From positions 17,353 through 81,352 of the forward strand of contig CAJXMG010000002.1 in the NCBI GenBank assembly GCA_913056395.1: a stretch of 64,000 nucleotides of DNA, given 5' to 3'. A model generated the notes under the pieces. It ran no database searches, had not been told where the DNA came from, and worked only from the letters and a program-made list of their open reading frames with translations. The DNA is from an uncultured bacterium. GTDB taxonomy: Bacteria; Planctomycetota; UBA8108; UBA1146. Below, one piece after another: positions 40,169 through 49,347 of the stretch. The stretch's first letter is position 1; the number at the start of each line of letters is the position of its first letter. The position numbers and the translations under genes were made by a program.

Positions 40169-41698
40169 TCAATTTCTCTCGTATGAAAGTACACCGTCCA
40201 GCATGACCTTTTCGATGCGGGTCAAGGCTGAGAATGGGGAACCGTTCCAACAAACCAGGTCAGCTCTGCGTCCCGGTTCCAGGGTTCCCACTTCTTTTTC
40301 GATTCCCAGCAACTGGGCCGGGTACTGAGTCACCATTCGCAACGCCTCCGCAGGATCGACTCCGTATCGAATCGCCAGCATCGCCTGACGGGCAAGGCCC
40401 TCTTCACCGCGCAGGTCCTGCGCACTGAGAGCCATCGGGATGCCGGCGTCAGAAAGATCGCGGACCGTGTGAAGCCTTCGGTTACGAAGTTCACGGGACC
40501 CGGCAATGATTCCGCTGGGTTGATCAAAGATGGGACCGAAGACCACGGGAGTTCCTGTTTGCTTGAGCAGGTCGACCCGCTTCCACGCTTCCACCGGATC
40601 TTCCAGTGTGAAGGAAATGCCAAACTCATTGGCAAAGCGGAAGGCGGTTTCGATGTCACTGCCGGTTCTGGCCTGAATTCTCATCGGCACATCACCGGCG
40701 AGGACTCCCTGCAAAACCCGGGAGGCTTCTGCAGAGGTTTTGTCGGCACCGGTCGGCTCAAGGCCCCGGGCGCGAAGAAGGGCATCGTAGAAGGCTCTGC
40801 GGAAAACCCAGCCCACGCCCATTCGGGAATCGGGGCGACGGGTGTAGATGGAAACAAAGCCGCGGAAAGGGCTGCGATTCCGGGTGCCGTAGCGGTAGGC
40901 GTCACTGCCGACCACCGTTTTGACAGAACCGGTTCCCATGAAGCGATCGGTGATGGGACCGCCGGTACGCATCGTGGCTCCGCGGGACCCGATCACGGCA
41001 GATCCATCGGGACTGATGTAAACCGTGGTCACCCCCTCCTGGAGCAAACGATCAAAATCTTTCGATCCGTGATCGATACCGTCCATGATCTCGAATTGGG
41101 GAACCACCTCGCTCGACTGATCGGTGATGAGTCCACTCTCGCTGGGAACTCCCGCAGCCATCGCTTCGCGCTTCAGCTCAGCGAGTTCCTCTTCTTCCTC
41201 TTCCTCATCATGGGCGTGGGCATGGGGGTCATGCTCCGGGTATCCACAGAAGAGGCAACTCTCATCATGGCGGTGAAGAGTTTGTGCAGGACAAACGGTT
41301 CCACAGGGGCAGACATCACCACCGTGATACTGGTCTTCCATCCCCAATGCTCGAAGGATCGTCAATCGCGGATCCTCGGTGGGATAGAGCATGGCATCCA
41401 TCACGTCGATCTTGGCGTTGGCATCGATCAGGCCAGGGGTCACTTCTGCGACCTCCATGACCTCCAGTCCTTCCGGAACAGCTCCGCCGGAAGTGACACT
41501 TTCGATTCGCCCGTCACGGACGACGATGACCGCATTGTCGACGGTCTGACCATTGCCGACGTGAGCCTTGCCCGCCTTGACGACATAGGAGTTGACCGTT
41601 TTCACGGCCTCCTCTTCTGCCAACAGTGGCGAGAAACAGAAACCAATCACCAGACTGAAGACCCACAGCATCAGGGATTTGTTGAGTGTGTTGTTCAT
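40169..41698 (-). CDS. Secreted amidohydrolase-fold protein, paralog 3 (canonical ligands absent; Cys/His/Glu-rich insert)
   Basis: PGLIDANAK; insert CPCGTVC...HRH...CLFC...HDPHAHAHDEEEEEEE; VGTLEPGRRADLV. Confidence 0.82.
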   Translation of the reverse strand: MNNTLNKSLMLWVFSLVIGFCFSPLLAEEEAVKTVNSYVVKAGKAHVGNGQTVDNAVIVVRDGRIESVTSGGAVPEGLEVMEVAEVTPGLIDANAKIDVMDAMLYPTEDPRLTILRALGMEDQYHGGDVCPCGTVCPAQTLHRHDESCLFCGYPEHDPHAHAHDEEEEEEELAELKREAMAAGVPSESGLITDQSSEVVPQFEIMDGIDHGSKDFDRLLQEGVTTVYISPDGSAVIGSRGATMRTGGPITDRFMGTGSVKTVVGSDAYRYGTRNRSPFRGFVSIYTRRPDSRMGVGWVFRRAFYDALLRARGLEPTGADKTSAEASRVLQGVLAGDVPMRIQARTGSDIETAFRFANEFGISFTLEDPVEAWKRVDLLKQTGTPVVFGPIFDQPSGIIAGSRELRNRRLHTVRDLSDAGIPMALSAQDLRGEEGLARQAMLAIRYGVDPAEALRMVTQYPAQLLGIEKEVGTLEPGRRADLVCWNGSPFSALTRIEKVMLDGVLSYERN

Positions 41699-42888
41699 TT
41701 TCTGACGCTCTCCAATTCATCCACTTTTCCGGGTTCCGCGACCCGCGTTCCGTGCCCTCCACGCCAGACGTGAATCACGCTGGATGCGGTGTCGAGGGGG
41801 TCTCCCGAGAAAAGAACCAGATCCGCTCTCTTGCCTGCGGAAACCTCTCCCGTCTCCAGCGCTCCGGAAACTTGCGCCGGATTGCTGAAGAGGGCTCTGC
41901 GGGCAGCGGCGGCATCCATCCCTGCGGAAACAGCCATGGCTGCACTTCCACGGAGGTGATCCGCGGGACCCGCCGGAAGTCCACCGGCAAAACTTAATTC
42001 CACCCCTTGCTTCGAAGCCCTCACGGCCATCATGAGGTGTGCACGGCTTCCACCCTCCAACAGAGGGCCGACAACCATGTGCACAGGCTTGGGAAGATCT
42101 TTCATCAGATTCAAGGGGGAACGGCCATCTCCACCGGTGTGAATGAAGACCGGAATCGCATCCGCAGACCACGGCAACGCAAGTGCCTGGCGCAAATCGA
42201 TTCCCTCCGCCACATAAAGGAGACCCGGATCTTTCAAGGCCTCGGGACCGGTCTGCATCCATTCTCTCCAGATGGAGAGCAGTGCGGTTCGACTGGTTGG
42301 AACCCGGTTCGCTGAGAGAACCGAGTCACCCAATGCCAGCATCATTTTTCCGGATCCCAATCGGGTGGCGGAAGAATCGCTGTGGCAGAGGAAGGTCGCG
42401 CTCTTTCCATTGACGACTCCGAGGGGCTGCGCCACCAGCGTGGTGTAGAGCACCCCGTGGTGAGCCGCGACATCCAGCCACGGGTCCGTGGAGTCGAAAC
42501 TGCTCCCGGCGTCGAGCTGCTCGTCGACCAGGACGGTTCCGGAACGCAAGGATCCGGGTTTGCCGCGAGTGCCCAGCGCCCCCATGAGATCGTGCAATCC
42601 CGGGGTCAGGACCGACCCTTCCGGGGCGCGGTAAACCTGGTCAAACGCCTTCTCATCGACGGTGGAACCGGGTACCAGTGCCTGAATCTTGCCGTCATTT
42701 CCGACGATCACCGCCCAGTCCCCCTCCAGATTTCCATCGGGGAGAAGTACCTGTGCACCGGTAATCGCCACTCCGTTGCCACCGGCTTCTGCCGGGAAGG
42801 AAAGAGTCAGAGCGAAGAGCATTGCAAGACCGAACAGGAACAACCTGTTTCCCGAGTCCGGATTTTGGTGATTGGAGCGATTCAACAT
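41695..42888 (-). CDS. Secreted amidohydrolase-fold protein, paralog 2 (metal ligands absent)
   Basis: Signal peptide; PGLHDLMGA; SNPAQVSG...GEVSAGKRADLVLFSGDPL. Confidence 0.8.
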   Translation of the reverse strand: MLNRSNHQNPDSGNRLFLFGLAMLFALTLSFPAEAGGNGVAITGAQVLLPDGNLEGDWAVIVGNDGKIQALVPGSTVDEKAFDQVYRAPEGSVLTPGLHDLMGALGTRGKPGSLRSGTVLVDEQLDAGSSFDSTDPWLDVAAHHGVLYTTLVAQPLGVVNGKSATFLCHSDSSATRLGSGKMMLALGDSVLSANRVPTSRTALLSIWREWMQTGPEALKDPGLLYVAEGIDLRQALALPWSADAIPVFIHTGGDGRSPLNLMKDLPKPVHMVVGPLLEGGSRAHLMMAVRASKQGVELSFAGGLPAGPADHLRGSAAMAVSAGMDAAAARRALFSNPAQVSGALETGEVSAGKRADLVLFSGDPLDTASSVIHVWRGGHGTRVAEPGKVDELESVRK

Positions 42889-44216
42889 TAGAAGCGCCCT
42901 CCTCTCGCCGCCGAAGCTTCCTGCCAGACCACTTCACCGTCGATGATGACTTTCACCGGACGGGCGGCAGGCTGGGTCGCCGGGTTGGCACTCCACAGAA
43001 CGATGTGATTCTGCCCTGGCCGAAGGGAATCCCGACGACTGCGAAGACCTCTGAGGTTCGTCGACTGGGCACTCGAGAGTGCAGCTTCCCCCGTCAGTTT
43101 GCGGGTCATGCGCCAGAGGCCTTCTCCGGAACCTCCGCTACCGATCACCCAATCCATTTCATGCTCCTCTAGGAGCGCAGCAAGATTGGAGGATCTTCGC
43201 GGAGTCGTACTCAGAACTCCGGGACCTGAGGCCGCCATCGACGTCGCCGGTTGGTCGATAATGAAGGAAAGATCCTCCAGTTTTTTCAATTCGTCGATCA
43301 CCAGAGCCGCTTCATCCGCACCGTGGATGATCGCGTCCAACTGGAACATGTGAATCAACTCGCAGGCGTTCAGCAGGTCTGCAGATCGCCGGGCGGTGAT
43401 CAGAACCGGAATCTTGTGGTCCAGAGCACGCAGGAGGATATCGCTGTCCTCATCGAGATCGGGACGACGGGGCTTTTCGGGGGCCTTCTTCTCTTCGTCG
43501 CCATCATTGCCATCGTCCTTCTTGCCCTCATCGGAGGACTTTTCGCCCTCCCCTTCACCGTCCTTGGCCTGCTCCTCGACCCACTTCTTCAGCTCCTCGA
43601 GGTACTCCTCCAGGTCTGATTCATAACTGTCGAGGCTCTCGCGACGATCACGGGCATTGTTGAACTGCTCGACGATTTTGTCGAAAGCACGAATGCGTGC
43701 GGAAGGAGGTCCTGATGAGAGGTTGATGCAAAGGGCGGCCTCTTCCTCGATCAGCACGCCGTGCCCGCCACCTTCCGCTTCTTCAAGCGAAACCCAGCAG
43801 GATCTGCCAGAGATGCCACTGCCGCGAACCGGAACCAGATGGACCCGGGTCACCCCTGAGGCGAGAACCGTTTCGATATCATCCTTGGAAAAGCGATCGA
43901 AGCCATCCCAACTCCACTGCTTCGCCTCTCCCGATCCGCCCACGGGAAGGGTGAGAACGGAAGCGTGATCGACGAGACCCGCTGTGGCGAAAAGCCCCTG
44001 GGCCGGGATTTTTTTCGACATGAGTGGCACGTCTGCAGTCTGGGAGATCTCGGCGATCCTGCCGCCACGGATCATGATCGTCAGATCCTCGAGAGTCCCG
44101 TTACGGGTGGGTGCGCTGACACCCTCCAGAACAACCGGACGTTGAAACAACTGACCCTCTACCCAACCCGGGTAGAACAGGAGGATCAGCATCAGCCACA
44201 CTCTAGGTGAAGACAT
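42888..44216 (-). CDS. Secreted amidohydrolase-fold protein, paralog 1 (degenerate site, abbreviated C-terminus)
   Basis: Signal peptide from ATG 44216; AGLVDHASV; charged insert; SLRPGQNHIVLWSANP...KVIIDGEVV. Confidence 0.78.
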   Translation of the reverse strand: MSSPRVWLMLILLFYPGWVEGQLFQRPVVLEGVSAPTRNGTLEDLTIMIRGGRIAEISQTADVPLMSKKIPAQGLFATAGLVDHASVLTLPVGGSGEAKQWSWDGFDRFSKDDIETVLASGVTRVHLVPVRGSGISGRSCWVSLEEAEGGGHGVLIEEEAALCINLSSGPPSARIRAFDKIVEQFNNARDRRESLDSYESDLEEYLEELKKWVEEQAKDGEGEGEKSSDEGKKDDGNDGDEEKKAPEKPRRPDLDEDSDILLRALDHKIPVLITARRSADLLNACELIHMFQLDAIIHGADEAALVIDELKKLEDLSFIIDQPATSMAASGPGVLSTTPRRSSNLAALLEEHEMDWVIGSGGSGEGLWRMTRKLTGEAALSSAQSTNLRGLRSRRDSLRPGQNHIVLWSANPATQPAARPVKVIIDGEVVWQEASAARGGRF

Positions 44217-44774
44217 ATGCTTGGCTCTTTCCTCATAAGTCGTTGCCCTCGCAACGACTCGGCGCTCTTTCACACTGATTCGATCAAAGTCACGCACTGC
44301 TGCGGTTCACAAGCCTGCACCCGGACACAGCCGTTCAGCAGACGCGTTATTACTGCGGGCAGACTGCACTCCTGCCAGATGGCAAAACTCCCCCGTTATC
44401 AGGGAGTAGGTCCACCACCTGTGGAAGCCGGTACACAGACCGGTGTCTCTCACGTCAAACAATCAGGGCTGATCGCGCGGGGATTCCCCCCAGTTCGCTG
44501 AATACCCCTGCTGAAATCGTCTATCTCAATTCCCCCACCTCTGGGGAGCTCCAAAGGAATTGGAGAGCTCCAAAGGTATCCCCGCGATTCATGTCCCCGA
44601 ATTTCCCGCAGGTCGAATACAGAATAACCACCAGAATCCGCCCATGAAACCTGTAACGTGCGCCGATCTGCTCGCATCAGGCCATTTCCGGGTGCAAACT
44701 CGGACTTGATGCGACAGAGCTGTGAAAGCCGCTGAAACCGTTTTCCAGTCTGTCAGCCAGAAAGGATTCAACCG

Positions 44775-45692
44775 ATGAATGACGGATATTCCTCCCCGCT
44801 CCGGGGAACCGGGCTCTCTGAGGCTCACAGAACCCGTATTGGCCTTGCTGAAATGCTTCGCGGCGGCGTTATCATGGACGTGACCACAGCCGAGGAGGCC
44901 CACGTGGCCCAGGAGGCCGGAGCAGTAGCGGTGATGGCCCTCGAAAGAGTGCCCTCCGACATCCGCAGGGATGGTGGCGTTGCCCGCATGTCCCCGGTCG
45001 AAAAAGTGGAAGAGATCCAAAAGGTCTGCTCGATCCCGGTGATGGCGAAAGCACGTATTGGACACTTCGTTGAAGCCGAGATCCTGGAATCCCTCGAAGT
45101 GGATTTCATCGACGAATCGGAAGTACTGACCCCCGCAGATCACGCCTACCACATCGACAAGAATCGCTTCAACGTTCCCTTCGTCTGCGGAGCCACCAAT
45201 CTGGGTGAAGCCCTTCGTCGAATCGGCGAAGGTGCGGCCATGTTGCGCACCAAGGGCGAAGCAGGAACCGGTGATATCACCGAGGCCGTGCGTCACCTGC
45301 GGGCGATTCACTCCGAAATCCGCCGCCTCACCACTGCTCCCGAAGAGGAGTGGATGACTCTCGCCAAGGATCACGGTGCTCCCTATTCCCTCGTATGCCA
45401 GGTGGCAAAGGAAGGCCGACTCCCGGTCCCCAACTTTGCGGCCGGTGGTATTGCCACCCCTGCCGACGCAGCACTGGCAATGCGCCTCGGCGCAGAAGCG
45501 GTCTTCGTTGGCTCAGGGATCTTCAAATCGAAGGATCCCTTGCGTACCGCCAAGGCCATCGTTCATGCCACCGCCCACTTTGAAGATGCGGCTGAACTCG
45601 CCAACGCCTCCCGAAACCTGGGAGAAGCGATGCCGGGAATCGATGCCAGCAAGCTCTCGGAAGCGGAGCGTCTTCAGGATCGCGGCTGGTAA
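44775..45692 (+). CDS. pdxS: Pyridoxal 5'-phosphate synthase lyase subunit PdxS
   Basis: [39 protein letters not shown] and [12 protein letters not shown]. Confidence 0.97.
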   Translation: MNDGYSSPLRGTGLSEAHRTRIGLAEMLRGGVIMDVTTAEEAHVAQEAGAVAVMALERVPSDIRRDGGVARMSPVEKVEEIQKVCSIPVMAKARIGHFVEAEILESLEVDFIDESEVLTPADHAYHIDKNRFNVPFVCGATNLGEALRRIGEGAAMLRTKGEAGTGDITEAVRHLRAIHSEIRRLTTAPEEEWMTLAKDHGAPYSLVCQVAKEGRLPVPNFAAGGIATPADAALAMRLGAEAVFVGSGIFKSKDPLRTAKAIVHATAHFEDAAELANASRNLGEAMPGIDASKLSEAERLQDRGW

Positions 45693-45695
45693 ACC

Positions 45696-46268
45696 TTGGC
45701 CACTGTTCAGGCCGCTGTTCTCGCCCTGCAGGGATCTGTGGAACCCCACCTCAGATCCCTGCATGCCGCGGGTGCGGAACCCATCGAAGTCAGAAAGCCC
45801 GCAGAGTTGGACGGGATTACCCATCTGGTGATCCCCGGTGGCGAAAGCACCACCTTGCATCATCTGCTCAAGATTCATGGTCTTGACCAGCAGATTCCCG
45901 AGCGGGTTCGCGCAGGTTCACTGGCCCTGTTGGGCACCTGTGCAGGTGCGATTTTGATGGGCAAGAATCCGGAACAGGCTCCACCCCGTTTTGAACTGAT
46001 CGATGTGGATGTCGACCGCAATGCCTATGGTCGCCAGATCCACTCCTTCGTCGGGGAGATCGAGTGGCAATCGGGACCCGGTCCCGGCACGGGTGAAGGG
46101 GTCTTCATCCGCGCTCCGAAATTTGTCCGTATCGGTGAAGGGGTCAACGTCATCGCCCGCAGGGAAGATGAAGTGGTCGCAGTTCAACAGGACCGTTGCG
46201 TCGCCTGCTGCTTCCACCCTGAACTCACCACCGATCCCCGCCTCCACCGCTGGTTTCTGGGGATCTGA
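45696..46268 (+). CDS. pdxT: PLP synthase glutaminase subunit PdxT
   Basis: VLALQG, IPGGEST, GTCAG, RNAYGRQ, FIRAP and FHPEL. Confidence 0.95.
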   Translation: MATVQAAVLALQGSVEPHLRSLHAAGAEPIEVRKPAELDGITHLVIPGGESTTLHHLLKIHGLDQQIPERVRAGSLALLGTCAGAILMGKNPEQAPPRFELIDVDVDRNAYGRQIHSFVGEIEWQSGPGPGTGEGVFIRAPKFVRIGEGVNVIARREDEVVAVQQDRCVACCFHPELTTDPRLHRWFLGI

Positions 46269-46424
46269 TCCCCACCCCCTCTCCGTTTGGGAGAGTCATT
46301 TTTCCTCCCGGACCACGATTCTGCCCAGACACGCCTGATATTCACTGGATCAGGAACCGCTGACACCGGACTATGCATTCACGGGAAATCCTTCTGATTC
46401 AGGGATGTGGGCGAGGAGATTTCG

Positions 46425-48020
46425 ATGAATGAACCGGTCAAGACGGATTCCAATCCGCGAATCGGCATCTTTGGTTGGGGAGTGATCGCTCCCGGCTGTG
46501 ACAGTGTCGACACCTTCCGTGAAAAACTTTACGCCGGAGGTTCGTGGCTCGAAAAGTTTGAGGACTTTGGTCCCAGCAATTTTCTCGTCGGAGACCCTGA
46601 CTTTGACTTTGAAAAGTATCACTCCTGGATCGATGACCGCTTCCCCCCCAATCGCTTTGGTCAACTTCAGAGCAAGATGGGTGACCCGACCCTGATGGCG
46701 GTGGGCAGTTTCATTCAGTCCCTCGAGCAGAACCCCGGAATCGAAAAGACACTTCAAGACCTGGGCAATGCAGCCCATGTATACGTGGGTACCGGTCTCG
46801 GTGATTTGCCCACCATCTCCGAAGTAGCCCTCACCGCAGATCGCGCTCAGGCCCGTTGGGATGAGTTCTGGGCAAGTCCGGAAAACTGTCCTGCCAGAGC
46901 GGCTTTCACTGCCGGGGATGCGGATCCTGAAACGCTGGAAGGTCTGCCCGAGGATCCGGACACCGTCGCCCCCGAGGCCCGGGAAGATGCTCGCAGAGCC
47001 TGGAACCGGTATTGGGCGGAAAAATCGAGCCGCCTCGCAGAGTACCTGGAAAAAAGCCGGGAGATTGAAGGCGAAAGTATTGAGGGTGAGGTTGAGAGCA
47101 ACAAGGCCGCGGTGATCCGTGGCAAGATGAAGAAGGCTGCCCAGTTACGAAAAGACTGGGGAGTCCCCCTCGAACCCTGGAATGCTGTTTCGCCCAATCT
47201 TCTGTGGAATATTCACAGTTCCGTAGCTACACAGATCACCATGATGGGCAAGATCACCGGGCCCAGCTTCTCCCCGGTGGCAGCGTGTTCTACCTTTGGG
47301 GTCGCCCTCAAACTGGGAATGGACGCCATTGCCCGCGGTGAAGCGGAAGCAGTCGTCGTCGGTGCTGCAGATCCTCCGCCACACTCCATGGTCGTGGGTG
47401 CGTTCAATGCCGCCCGCGTGCTTTCCAATGATGGTGAAGTCTCCAAACCGCTGACCGGTTTGCGTGGTACCCACATCAGTGGAGGCTCCTGTATCTGGAT
47501 CATCGGTGACCTCGAAAAGATGCAGGCCCGGGGCTTCAAACCCCTCGGAATGGAACCGGTGGGAGTCGGTCTCACATCGGATGCCGACCACATCATCACC
47601 CCGAGTGAAGAAGGGCCGACTGCTTCGATTCATTCCGCCCTCGAAGCCGCATCCGCGAGTGCAGAATCGGTCTCGACCTGGGACCTTCACTGCACTGCAA
47701 CTCCCGGCGACTACCTGGAAGTTGAAAATGCACGCAAACTTTTCCCCGAACACATCCTGATGACCGCCCGCAAGGGTACCTTCGGTCACGGCATGGGTGT
47801 CTGCGGTGGCTGGGAATTGACGGCACAAATGCTTGCCGGAGAATCGGGACAAATCGCTCCCACATCTCTCACCGAGGCAGAATTGAATTCACAGATCTCC
47901 GAAGTCCATCGGAACTTTACCGGAAAGGAATCCGTCCCCCTGCCAGAGGGACTCTCCGGGAAACTCTCCATGGGTGTCGGTGGCATCAATGCGTGCGTGA
48001 TCTGCCGTCCCCTCGACTGA
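46425..48020 (+). CDS. Stand-alone beta-ketoacyl synthase (FabF-like) with large internal insertion
   Basis: Cys-His-His triad: AACSTF, DLHCTAT and KGTFGHGMG; C-terminal SMGVGGINA; RBS GAGGAG before ATG 46425. Confidence 0.8.
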   Translation: MNEPVKTDSNPRIGIFGWGVIAPGCDSVDTFREKLYAGGSWLEKFEDFGPSNFLVGDPDFDFEKYHSWIDDRFPPNRFGQLQSKMGDPTLMAVGSFIQSLEQNPGIEKTLQDLGNAAHVYVGTGLGDLPTISEVALTADRAQARWDEFWASPENCPARAAFTAGDADPETLEGLPEDPDTVAPEAREDARRAWNRYWAEKSSRLAEYLEKSREIEGESIEGEVESNKAAVIRGKMKKAAQLRKDWGVPLEPWNAVSPNLLWNIHSSVATQITMMGKITGPSFSPVAACSTFGVALKLGMDAIARGEAEAVVVGAADPPPHSMVVGAFNAARVLSNDGEVSKPLTGLRGTHISGGSCIWIIGDLEKMQARGFKPLGMEPVGVGLTSDADHIITPSEEGPTASIHSALEAASASAESVSTWDLHCTATPGDYLEVENARKLFPEHILMTARKGTFGHGMGVCGGWELTAQMLAGESGQIAPTSLTEAELNSQISEVHRNFTGKESVPLPEGLSGKLSMGVGGINACVICRPLD

Positions 48021-48266
48021 CCCGTTAAGCGCGCCCGGGAAGCGTAAAGATCGGTACATTTCTCTTTAAAACCGTCAAATAACGCGGATAAAGCCAACGG
48101 TTCGCTTCAGATACGATCCAAACCCGCTTCCGAAGGCCCCATCGATGGGCTAATCTGACTCTTTCATTCAGGATCCGTATTTGTCCCAAAGGCGGCTCCG
48201 GTGATTTTCGTCCTCCCAAAGAGGACTGTTCAATCCTCACGGATCAAACCCCAGCAAGGAGAACCC

Positions 48267-49223
48267 ATGAAGTCATCTCTGACAGGGATCCTGTTTCTGT
48301 GTCTTTTGATGTTCGTTGCGACCCCTTTCCTTTCTGCGACCGAAAAGGCCGCCGAAGGTCTTTCCTGGGAAACGGATATTTCCGTTGCCATGGAGAAGGC
48401 GAAAAAGGAGGGCAAGGACATCCTGATCAACTTCACCGGCAGTGACTGGTGCGGCTGGTGCAAAAAACTTGACAGCGAGGTTTTCTCCAAGCCGGACTTC
48501 GATGCCACGGCAGGCAAGCAGTTCATCTACCTTTACCTGGATTTCCCCCAGGCTGAAGAGCTGAAGGCCAAAGTGGTTGACCCCAAACTGAACGACAAGC
48601 ACCGCGATGAGATGGGGGTCAATGGTTACCCCACCATCATGCTCACCGATGCCATGATGCGCCCCTACGGTCGTACCGGATATCTTCCGGGTGGACCCGA
48701 AGCTTACCTCAAGAATCTTGAGGAGTTGCGTACCGAAGGTGACAAGCTGAAGAAGATGCTTGCCGCTGAAGATGCGGAAGCCGGCAAGATGCTTGCGGAC
48801 GTTTTTGGCGTGATGACCAAAAACGAGCTTCTCGGATACCCCGGATACTCCAAGTATCTGGAGATGGCTGAAAAGTCTGACAACGCCGACCTGAAAAAAT
48901 TGGTCGCCGCCCACAAGGCCGGCATGCGTCTCAAGGAGTTGATGAACACCCGCGAGCCGGACTTCCCGACACTGGTCGCTTTCCTGACCGAGAACCCGGA
49001 CGTCACCGGACCGGATGCCCTCAATGCTCTCTGGTTTGCCCACCAGTGGTTGGCCGAGCAGGATCGCAGGGACGAGGCCAAAGCTTTCCTGAATCGCATG
49101 CTCAAAGATCCTCTGGTCGCCGACAATCCGCAGGGCAAGCAGATGATCGAACAGGCCATCCACAATCTGGACCATCCCGATGGAAACCATGACCACGATG
49201 GTGACGGAGTGCCCGACCACTAG
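48267..49223 (+). CDS. Exported thioredoxin-fold protein (WCGWC) with helical C-terminal extension
   Basis: Signal peptide; NFTGSDWCGWCKKL, GYPT cis-Pro loop; His/Asp-rich C-terminus. Confidence 0.88.
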   Translation: MKSSLTGILFLCLLMFVATPFLSATEKAAEGLSWETDISVAMEKAKKEGKDILINFTGSDWCGWCKKLDSEVFSKPDFDATAGKQFIYLYLDFPQAEELKAKVVDPKLNDKHRDEMGVNGYPTIMLTDAMMRPYGRTGYLPGGPEAYLKNLEELRTEGDKLKKMLAAEDAEAGKMLADVFGVMTKNELLGYPGYSKYLEMAEKSDNADLKKLVAAHKAGMRLKELMNTREPDFPTLVAFLTENPDVTGPDALNALWFAHQWLAEQDRRDEAKAFLNRMLKDPLVADNPQGKQMIEQAIHNLDHPDGNHDHDGDGVPDH

Positions 49224-49244
49224 GCCGGTCTCCCGAACAAGTTG

Positions 49245-49286
49245 AAACGGAGGGTGGATCCCCGGTGATCCACCCTCCGTTTTTTT
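49245..49286 (+). terminator. Intrinsic terminator
   Basis: AAACGGAGGGTGGATC-CCCGGT-GATCCACCCTCCGTTT perfect 16-bp stem followed by a T tract. Confidence 0.9.
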
Positions 49287-49347
49287 GTGCCTGATCCACA
49301 AATTGGATCACTTCTGCCCTTAAACCGACTGATCAGCATTCTCGAAA

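Noticed and set aside
44450..44677. 75-aa minus-strand ORF faintly resembling a DUF971/GBBH N-terminal domain
   Set aside because: No Cys metal motif, no clear RBS and only a short resemblance; not supportable.
46279..46303. Weak hairpin CTCTCC-GTTTG-GGAGAG after pdxT
   Set aside because: Short stem and interrupted T tract; insufficient support for a terminator call.
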